Of a stretch of DNA of 17,587 nucleotides, positions 1-5,916 are shown in pieces (positions within the stretch are counted from its first letter, which is position 1; each line of letters opens with the position of its first letter). The notes beneath the pieces are model-generated. The model was not told the DNA's origin, did no database searches, and saw nothing but the letters and a program-made list of their open reading frames with translations. The stretch is from an uncultured bacterium (GTDB lineage Bacteria > Patescibacteriota > Andersenbacteria > UBA10190 > CAIZMI01). The translations under genes were made by a program, and so were the position numbers. The stretch is taken from NCBI GenBank assembly GCA_903828055.1, contig CAIKKP010000057.1, positions 1 through 17,587 on the forward strand, given 5' to 3'.

Positions 1-81
1 ATCGCCTATGCTAAAAGTGATACGGAATTTGTTCTCGAAGCAAATAAGGCGAAAAACGAGCTATTTTCAACCTTTCATTAA
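1..81 (+). CDS. 3' end of an upstream ORF that runs off the window start; product unknown
   Basis: Frame 1 reads IAYAKSDTEFVLEANKAKNELFSTFH and stops at TAA 79-81. There is no start codon in the window. Confidence 0.25.
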   Translation: MAYAKSDTEFVLEANKAKNELFSTFH

Positions 82-177
82 TAACTTAATAATCACCGCT
101 ACGCACGCTGTTTCATACCAATCTTCGGATTGGAAAAGACTTTCTGGAAACTCTTCTTTGGTCACATAAAGTAACTT

Positions 178-205
178 AAAAGAGCGCCAAAACGGCGCTC
201 TTTTT
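178..205. terminator. Rho-independent terminator hairpin, usable in both directions
   Basis: Stem agagcgcc (181-188) pairs with ggcgctct (194-201) around a 5-nt loop. It is flanked by AAA and TTTT, and lies 16 nt downstream of the minus-strand gene ending at 221. Confidence 0.55.
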
Positions 206-220
206 CAACTCAATGTTTAT

Positions 221-643
221 TTAAATCAAGCCGTCTTCTTTTTGTCCGGCGTTATCCTCCGGAAGGCTGGCGGTATTACAGTCGCGTTGTTCGTCTTTGA
301 AGGTGTCCCAAGCGCTTTTTTGGGATGCTTTAAAAGTTTTTCGTGATTCCAAACGGGAATTGCGGAATGTTTTCCAGGCGTTGTTAACCGCCTTTTTTCT
401 ATCTGAAATTGTTGTTTTGCCCCACGCATCTTTAAGTGCCGTTTGGCGAGTTCCCAACGCGTTTCTTACCGTAGTGTGATATGTGTCGTAGGCCGTGATG
501 CCTGCCGTCTCACGTTTGTTTACGGCGGATTGAATACAGGAAGCGCGAACAGGGTTCACGGTTCTCACCGCTTGTGCCGAAGTGGCAAGTAAACCGACTG
601 TCGCGATACCGACTCCAATTGTCGCCATTGCTATTTTTTTCAT
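221..643 (-). CDS. Small secreted or periplasmic protein of unknown function
   Basis: 140-aa ORF with N-terminal MKKIAMATIGVGIATVGLLATSAQA, which has a hydrophobic core and an AQA cleavage motif. A TATAAT-like -10 lies on the minus strand upstream, and the gene is followed by the 178-205 terminator. No recognisable domain. Confidence 0.55.
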   Translation of the reverse strand: MKKIAMATIGVGIATVGLLATSAQAVRTVNPVRASCIQSAVNKRETAGITAYDTYHTTVRNALGTRQTALKDAWGKTTISDRKKAVNNAWKTFRNSRLESRKTFKASQKSAWDTFKDEQRDCNTASLPEDNAGQKEDGLI

Positions 644-759
644 GTGTTTTGTCTTAATTATTAATCACCTTTGATGTGTTACCCCATTATATAGAAAAGT
701 GACGCATTGGAATACCGGTGCGAAAGTAACCGCCCACAGGTTAAGGCAAACAACGCATT

Positions 760-793
760 AAGGTCCGACTTTTGCAAAGGTCGGACCTTAATC
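760..793. promoter_or_regulatory. Perfect 12-bp inverted repeat with a 10-nt spacer in a divergent intergenic region
   Basis: ttaaggtccgac (760-771) is followed by 10 nt and then by gtcggaccttaa (782-793), its exact reverse complement. Confidence 0.4.
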
Positions 794-872
794 ACGAAAA
801 ACAGAACACAGCGGCAAAATTTGCTGATACAAACAAAATTCCTCAACCTGTGAGCGGTTACGTGCGAAAGAG

Positions 873-900
873 GTGACAGGATTAAAAAAAATGCTATAAT
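873..900 (+). promoter_or_regulatory. Sigma70-type promoter with an extended -10 box
   Basis: GTGACA (873-878), a 16-nt spacer, then TGcTATAAT (892-900). This sits 30 nt upstream of the ATG at 931, and the leader has no Shine-Dalgarno motif. Confidence 0.45.
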
Positions 901-930
901 AGTATTATTAAATCTAAATTAAATAAAACC

Positions 931-1257
931 ATGGACGCAGTACCACAAACACCCGTTACGCCAAATCCGGCTGACGACGTGCAAAAGAATAAAGCTCTAG
1001 CCGCTATTTCTTATATTTATATCGCCAGCTTGATCATCTTGTTGGTAAAAAAGGATAGTCCATTTGCGCAATTTCATGCAAAGCAGGGTTTCGTCTTGTT
1101 TATCGCCGCTTTGATTTGCGGATTTGTGCCGATTCTCGGTTGGTTATTGAGCATTGTTATTTTGGTTATGGCAATTATTGGAATCGTTTCGGCCGCGCAA
1201 GGCAAATGGTACAAAATGCCGTTGGTCTCCCAGTTGGCTGAAAAGATAAATTTCTAA
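931..1257 (+). CDS. DUF4870 (Tic20-like) family small membrane protein
   Basis: 108 aa with two predicted TM helices. Motifs AAISYIYIASLII...KKDSPFAQFHAKQGFVLFI and PILGWLLSIVILVMAII are characteristic of DUF4870 proteins. Confidence 0.7.
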   Translation: MDAVPQTPVTPNPADDVQKNKALAAISYIYIASLIILLVKKDSPFAQFHAKQGFVLFIAALICGFVPILGWLLSIVILVMAIIGIVSAAQGKWYKMPLVSQLAEKINF

Positions 1258-1275
1258 TTTAAAATGAAATTGTAA

Positions 1276-1360
1276 GGGAGCACGTTCTTGCTGTGTCGCT
1301 CCGTAGCTCAATAGAGCGAAGGGGGGTGCTCCCGTGCGGGCGGACTAGGACGTCCGCCCC
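1276..1360 (+). promoter_or_regulatory. GC-rich structured element of two tandem hairpins upstream of the pyk promoter
   Basis: gggagcac (1276-1283) pairs with gtgctccc about 42 nt later, enclosing an inner gctc-aata-gagc hairpin. A second hairpin follows at gggcggac...gtccgccc (about 1337-1360). The surrounding intergenic DNA is AT-rich. Confidence 0.3.
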
Positions 1361-1387
1361 TACGCGTTATAATTAAACTCAATCACC

Positions 1388-2815
1388 ATGTTAAAGCGCA
1401 CTAAAATCGTTTGCACAATCGGGCCCGCTTGTCAGTCGGAAGATAAATTATCGGCTATGATTAAGGCCGGGATGAACGTAGCGCGTCTTAATATGTCGCA
1501 CGGAACGTATGAGAATCATGCGCTCTTGATTCAGAATATTCGTAAAGCCTCGGAAAAGAATGGGGCGATTGTTGCATTACTGTTGGATTTGCAGGGTCCG
1601 AAAATTCGCGTCGGCAAATTGCCTGATGGTGGCGTAGAAATTAAGAAAGACGCGAAAATAATTCTCACCACCGGTACAGAAAAATATTCTGAAGGTGTAA
1701 TTCCGGTGCAGTTCAAGAATTTGCATAAAGATGTCAAAGAAGGTGATCGCATTTTATTGGATGATGGAAATTTGGAAGTGGCCGTTGAAAAGGTTGACGG
1801 CAGGGATATTTACTGTCGCATGATTATTGGTGGAAAGCTTATTTCGCATAAGGGAATTACTGTTCCAACTGCATCGTTGAGTACTTCCGCCTTGTCCAAA
1901 AAAGATAAGGAAGATTTGGTGTTTGGATTGAAACAGGGTGTTGATTTTGTCGCAATTTCCTTTGTTCGTCGTCCTTCCGATATTCGCGAATTGCGCGGTT
2001 TAATCAAAAAAGGATTACCCGATGGAATGGCAACACCGCTGATTATTTCCAAGATTGAAAAACATGAGGCATTGGTAAATTTGGATGAAATTATCGCGGA
2101 AACCGATGGTATTATGGTTGCTCGGGGCGACCTGGCACTGGAAACCAAGGCTTCCGAAGTTCCAATTTGGCAAAAGAGAATGATTCAAAAATGTTTGGAG
2201 GTTGCCAAACCGGTGATTACCGCGACGCAAATGTTAGATTCAATGACCAATGCGCCACGTCCCACACGTGCGGAAATTTCTGACGTGGCTAACGCGGTAA
2301 TAGATCACACGGACGCGACGATGCTTTCTCAGGAATCGGCGATGGGAAAATATCCGATAGAAACAGTAACAACAATGGCTGAGATCGCGCATTCTACCGA
2401 GGCTTCACCATTGGATGACATGGTTACTCTTCCTCCGCTTGATGGTACAGCTCCACCGGTATTGGCAATGAGCGCCGCCGCTTGTAGAGTGGCAAAAGAA
2501 GTCGGTGCCAAGGCCATATTTGTCATGAGTCGTACAGGGTTCACTGCTCGTTGTGTTTCTCGTCACCGTCCGCTTTTGCCTATCATTGTCGCAACCTCTG
2601 AGGCTTCTACGCGCAATCAGTTGGCGTTGAGTTGGGGGGTCGATCCATATTCTATCGAAAAATTCAGCGAGGCCAGGGAAGCCTGGGCGATTTTAGCTCC
2701 GGAATTGAAGAAAAAATATAAATTCAAAAAGGGTGATAAAATTATTGCTGTTTCCGGTTTAACGTCCAACCGCCATGGTGACTGGGACGAGTCGGTGCGT
2801 GTGTTTGAGGTGTAG
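1388..2815 (+). CDS. pyk: Pyruvate kinase
   Basis: 475 aa. N-terminal RTKIVCTIGPA, NVARLNMSHG, active-site MVARGDLA and the C-terminal regulatory-domain architecture are all present. TATAAT lies at 1368-1373. Confidence 0.95.
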   Translation: MLKRTKIVCTIGPACQSEDKLSAMIKAGMNVARLNMSHGTYENHALLIQNIRKASEKNGAIVALLLDLQGPKIRVGKLPDGGVEIKKDAKIILTTGTEKYSEGVIPVQFKNLHKDVKEGDRILLDDGNLEVAVEKVDGRDIYCRMIIGGKLISHKGITVPTASLSTSALSKKDKEDLVFGLKQGVDFVAISFVRRPSDIRELRGLIKKGLPDGMATPLIISKIEKHEALVNLDEIIAETDGIMVARGDLALETKASEVPIWQKRMIQKCLEVAKPVITATQMLDSMTNAPRPTRAEISDVANAVIDHTDATMLSQESAMGKYPIETVTTMAEIAHSTEASPLDDMVTLPPLDGTAPPVLAMSAAACRVAKEVGAKAIFVMSRTGFTARCVSRHRPLLPIIVATSEASTRNQLALSWGVDPYSIEKFSEAREAWAILAPELKKKYKFKKGDKIIAVSGLTSNRHGDWDESVRVFEV

Positions 2816-2886
2816 AAAAATAAATTATTTTATAAAATTTTCAGCAGGCCACCTAATCGTACTTTGTATTATTCATGGTGATTTTT

Positions 2887-2895
2887 TGCTATAAT
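2887..2895 (+). promoter_or_regulatory. Extended -10 box TGcTATAAT
   Basis: Same TGCTATAATA motif as at 892-901. It lies 26 nt upstream of the ATG at 2921, and the -35 is weak. Confidence 0.4.
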
Positions 2896-2920
2896 ATACT
2901 GGTCAATAATTAATATTTAT

Positions 2921-3856
2921 ATGCAAACAAAAACAAAGATCATATCGGTTATTGCGGTGGTTGTTGCGGTGGCGATAGTTTTGGCGTTCGCTATTAATCG
3001 GCCCATGGACAAAGAAATATATTCCTCATCAGATTATGATGTTACTGAGGAAAACATGATTGGTGGTCGGGCATTGCCACAATCATTAGTCGGAGTTGCT
3101 TCAGTGGAGAAAATTCAATCTTTTGCTGACAATTCGGGCGACAAGGCCTCATCTCAACAAAAACTGCAGTCCACTGAAAGATTAATTGTTCGTACCGGGC
3201 GACTGTCGGTTGTTTCTAATGATGTGCGAAAATCGGTCGGTGATATGTCGTCTTACGTTGTTGGTATCGGCGGTTTTGTGGTCAGTTCAAATGTGCAAGG
3301 AACGAATGATAATCCTTCTGCCACTTTGGAAGTTAGGGTTCCTGTCGACAAGTTTCAGGAATCGGTTGATAAGGCAAAAACTGCCGGCTTGCGCGTTACC
3401 AGCGAATCATTGACCGGCGAAGATGTGACGGAAGATTTTGTGGACACACAAGCGAGAATAAAAAATCTGCAGGCCAGTGAAATGCAGTTTTCTGAAATCA
3501 TGAAAAAAGCACAGAAAATCTCGGATGTATTGGAAGTACAACAACAACTTGAGCGAGTAAGAGGAGATATCGATGTCGCTCAAGGTCATGCGCAGTACTT
3601 AGAAAAATCTGCCAAGATGTCATCAATCACGATCTATTTTGCGACCGATGAAGCACAACTGCCGGTGGTGGATCCGGTAAATAATTGGAACCCGCTTACC
3701 ATTATCAAGAACGCATTCCGCTCTTTGGTTGGGTTGGCGCAGGGGTTGGGAACACTGGTAATCTGGTTGGTAATCTATCTCCCGCTTTGGGTATTAATCG
3801 CGGTAGTGGTTTACATCATAAAAAAAATAGTACGGCGTAATCAACAGCTAAAATAG
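2921..3856 (+). CDS. DUF4349 domain protein, a membrane-anchored envelope protein
   Basis: 311 aa with an N-terminal TM and two C-terminal TM helices. The central region carries LEVRVPVDKFQESVDKAKTAGLRVTSESLTGEDVTEDFVDTQARIKNLQASE...VLEVQQQLERVRGDID, which matches the conserved DUF4349 core including DVTEEYVD and RNL. Confidence 0.75.
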   Translation: MQTKTKIISVIAVVVAVAIVLAFAINRPMDKEIYSSSDYDVTEENMIGGRALPQSLVGVASVEKIQSFADNSGDKASSQQKLQSTERLIVRTGRLSVVSNDVRKSVGDMSSYVVGIGGFVVSSNVQGTNDNPSATLEVRVPVDKFQESVDKAKTAGLRVTSESLTGEDVTEDFVDTQARIKNLQASEMQFSEIMKKAQKISDVLEVQQQLERVRGDIDVAQGHAQYLEKSAKMSSITIYFATDEAQLPVVDPVNNWNPLTIIKNAFRSLVGLAQGLGTLVIWLVIYLPLWVLIAVVVYIIKKIVRRNQQLK

Positions 3857-3865
3857 CTATTGCCG

Positions 3866-3901
3866 AAAAAATGCCTCACCCGAAGAGTGAGGCATTTTTT
3901 A
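3866..3901. terminator. Bidirectional rho-independent terminator
   Basis: AAAAA, then stem atgcctcac (3871-3879), a 7-nt loop, stem gtgaggcat (3887-3895), then TTTTTT. It sits between the DUF4349 gene and the stop of the minus-strand recombinase ORF. Confidence 0.8.
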
Positions 3902-3913
3902 ATGGCAGGTTAG

Positions 3914-5554
3914 TTATTGCGGATCTGGTTCACAAGCGGTATGCTTTTGACGCGATAAATAAGCCAAGGAGAGGTGGCCGAGTGGTCGAAGGCGCGGCTC
4001 TCGAAAAGCCGTAGGGGCGCAAGCTTCTCGTGGGTTCGAATCCCACCCTCTCCGCCAGTTTGTACTTTTCGTAAAATCGTAGTCGGTTGCCTTCGCGCGT
4101 TGCGCTTCGGCGTGATATTTCGACGCGATTCGCCACGCGGGTTGGGGGGAAAACGACAACGACCGCTCGGCGATGCGGAAGTTCGAACCAATCTTTTTGA
4201 GAAAATCCCGTCCCGCGACGGGATTTTCTTGTTGAGCGATATTTTCGGCTTGGTTAGCCTCTTTTATGAAGTTTATCATCAGTTCGAACCGATTTTTGCT
4301 CTTTGTTCCAAAAGCGGAGATTTTCTCTTCTAAATCTTTTTTAGCAAGCATAAGTTTTTGTTTTTTCGCAACATATTCCATTTGTGATAAATTTCCGTCC
4401 AGTTGTAAATCAAGCAAACGATCAAGTTTTGTTTCTAGATCCACGAGTTCATCTCTCGTCTTTTGGACATGAAAGCTTTCCGCTTGGACGCCCTCCATTT
4501 TCTCTTTTTCAAATTCCGCAATACTCGCTTTTGCCCAACCGTCTGACAAAGAAACTTTTTTGATCACCTCCTTTATTTGAGAAGTGATGGCGTCCTCTCT
4601 CGCATACCTTTGTGTGCAAGGATTTTTCCGTTTCGTACATCGCAAATAGTTATGTCCTTTTTGCGTTTCAGTGGTAATGAAGCAACCGCACTCCCCGCAA
4701 CGGAAAAATCCTCTGTACACATAAGGTTTGAGTTTTGGCGTTTTCGGTTTTGATTTATTCATCATCACTTCTTGAACGGAATCAAAAAGCTTCTTTGTGA
4801 TAATCGGTTCATGCTTTCCGTCATACAGTTCATCGTTATATTCAATCATTCCGTAATAGATTTTGTTCTTAAGCATATATTGATAATTTGAGACGGAAAG
4901 CATTTTACCTTTCTTGCCAACCAAGCCTAGGGAATTGATCATCTTTCGCACTTGAGCAAGAGGATATTCACCAGTGGCGTACATTTCAAACGCCCGCTTG
5001 ATATACTTTGCCTTTTCTTTGTCCACGGCGATACAGCGAGCATTTTTATCGTTCACATAGCCCAATGGCGCCCAAGCGGGCCAGATGCCATTGCGTAACT
5101 TCTGGCGAATACCTCTCTTGATATTTTCCGACAGATTATCCACATAGTACTTTGATTGCCCAAAAGCGATTGATAACATAAATTTTCCCTGTGGTGTCGG
5201 ATCAAACCAAAAAGTAGGAAATTTTAGCGTGGTTATTTTCCCAGTATCTACCAGATAGATTATCCGTCCGCCGTCTATGGAATTGCGAGCTAAGCGGTCA
5301 GGGTGCCACGCTAAAATTCCTTCTGCTTCATTTTTCTCTATGCAAGAGATCATTTCGTTGAAAATATCTCTGCCCGGCTCTTTGGCGGTTTTACTTTCCA
5401 CAAACTCACGGACGATATTCAATCCTTCTTTTTTCGCAAATTCCCGCAATTCAAACATTTGCGCTTCAATACTCAAAACCTGCCTTTCAGGTTCGTCCGT
5501 GGATTTGCGGGCATAGAGAAAAATCTTTTTGGTTTGTAAATTTATGTTGTCCAT
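3914..5554 (-). CDS. Large serine recombinase with resolvase/invertase catalytic domain, recombinase domain and zinc ribbon
   Basis: The N-terminus YARKST...S has the catalytic Ser context of serine recombinases, followed by an RLARN motif. A CxxC...C...C zinc ribbon lies around residues 286-313 (FRCGECGCFITTETQKGHNYLRCTKRKNPC), and a coiled-coil region follows. Residues 1-456 are unique sequence. Residues 457-546 are encoded by repeat X and the antisense strand of the tRNA, so this is a probable read-through tail. Confidence 0.85.
   Translation of the reverse strand: MDNINLQTKKIFLYARKSTDEPERQVLSIEAQMFELREFAKKEGLNIVREFVESKTAKEPGRDIFNEMISCIEKNEAEGILAWHPDRLARNSIDGGRIIYLVDTGKITTLKFPTFWFDPTPQGKFMLSIAFGQSKYYVDNLSENIKRGIRQKLRNGIWPAWAPLGYVNDKNARCIAVDKEKAKYIKRAFEMYATGEYPLAQVRKMINSLGLVGKKGKMLSVSNYQYMLKNKIYYGMIEYNDELYDGKHEPIITKKLFDSVQEVMMNKSKPKTPKLKPYVYRGFFRCGECGCFITTETQKGHNYLRCTKRKNPCTQRYAREDAITSQIKEVIKKVSLSDGWAKASIAEFEKEKMEGVQAESFHVQKTRDELVDLETKLDRLLDLQLDGNLSQMEYVAKKQKLMLAKKDLEEKISAFGTKSKNRFELMINFIKEANQAENIAQQENPVAGRDFLKKIGSNFRIAERSLSFSPQPAWRIASKYHAEAQRAKATDYDFTKSTNWRRGWDSNPREACAPTAFREPRLRPLGHLSLAYLSRQKHTACEPDPQ
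3968..4057 (+). tRNA. tRNA-Ser with anticodon CGA; class II with a long variable arm and encoded CCA
   Basis: Acceptor GGAGAGG pairs with CCTCTCC. The D arm is GCCGAGTGGTCGAAGGCG. The anticodon stem cggct/agccg carries loop CTCGAAA, giving anticodon CGA. A 19-nt variable arm is followed by T arm GTGGG-TTCGAAT-CCCAC, discriminator G and CCA. It closely resembles canonical bacterial tRNA-Ser. Confidence 0.9.
4052..4185 (+). repeat. Inverted repeat X, copy 1 (134 bp, about 58 % GC)
   Basis: Exact reverse complement of 5618-5751, checked base by base (134 of 134). It begins with CCGCCA, the last 6 nt of the tRNA-Ser. Confidence 0.95.
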
Positions 5555-5585
5555 TCTTTATTTTTGGTTAGCTAAAAGATTGGTT

Positions 5586-5602
5586 GTATCGCCGTGCGAT
5601 AC
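5586..5602. promoter_or_regulatory. 7-bp perfect palindrome in the recombinase upstream leader
   Basis: gtatcgc-cgt-gcgatac lies between the recombinase start codon (5554) and repeat X' (5618). It is a candidate operator. Confidence 0.3.
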
Positions 5603-5617
5603 CCACGCATTGCGCGG

Positions 5618-5751
5618 CGAACTTCCGCATCGCCGAGCGGTCGTTGTCGTTTTCCCCCCAACCCGCGTGGCGAATCGCGTCGAAATATCACGCCGAAGCG
5701 CAACGCGCGAAGGCAACCGACTACGATTTTACGAAAAGTACAAACTGGCGG
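5618..5751 (-). repeat. Inverted repeat X, copy 2
   Basis: Reverse complement of 4052-4185 at 100 % identity. Confidence 0.95.
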
Positions 5752-5900
5752 GCGTTTTTGGACGAAGTTCGAACGTCGTTCGACGCAAACGCGTGACGCC
5801 CCCCCAGCAACGAAACGCGACGACGCCGATTCGTAACGCGAAAAAGGCATGGGAATAAATGAGTACTGTGTATTCTATAACGCAATCTTTATTTTTGCGA
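5748..5900 (+). repeat. Inverted repeat Y, copy 1 (153 bp)
   Basis: Reverse-complement match to 7675-7830 at about 94 % identity. The differences are C7 versus C9 in a homopolymer, a 12-nt divergent patch and one further substitution. It overlaps X' by 4 nt (GCGG). Confidence 0.9.
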
Positions 5901-5916
5901 CACGCCCTCTAAAAAT

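Noticed and set aside
1531-2544. Antisense and alternate-frame ORFs inside pyk (1531-1752, 1810-2148, 2015-2230 and 2329-2544, all on the minus strand)
   Set aside because: These are shadow ORFs inside a confidently identified pyruvate kinase gene.
3930-4333. ORFs 3930-4136(-), 3910-4191(-) and 3974-4333(+), which overlap the tRNA and repeat X
   Set aside because: They are translations of the tRNA and repeat sequence. The same peptide strings reappear in the mirror copy at 5572-5858, so they are repeat shadows and not genes.
5529-5858. ORFs 5529-5858(+), 5572-5850(-), 5584-5796(+) and 5594-5836(+)
   Set aside because: They lie entirely within the GC-rich inverted repeats X' and Y. They are open because of composition and duplicate the peptide strings from the other repeat copies.
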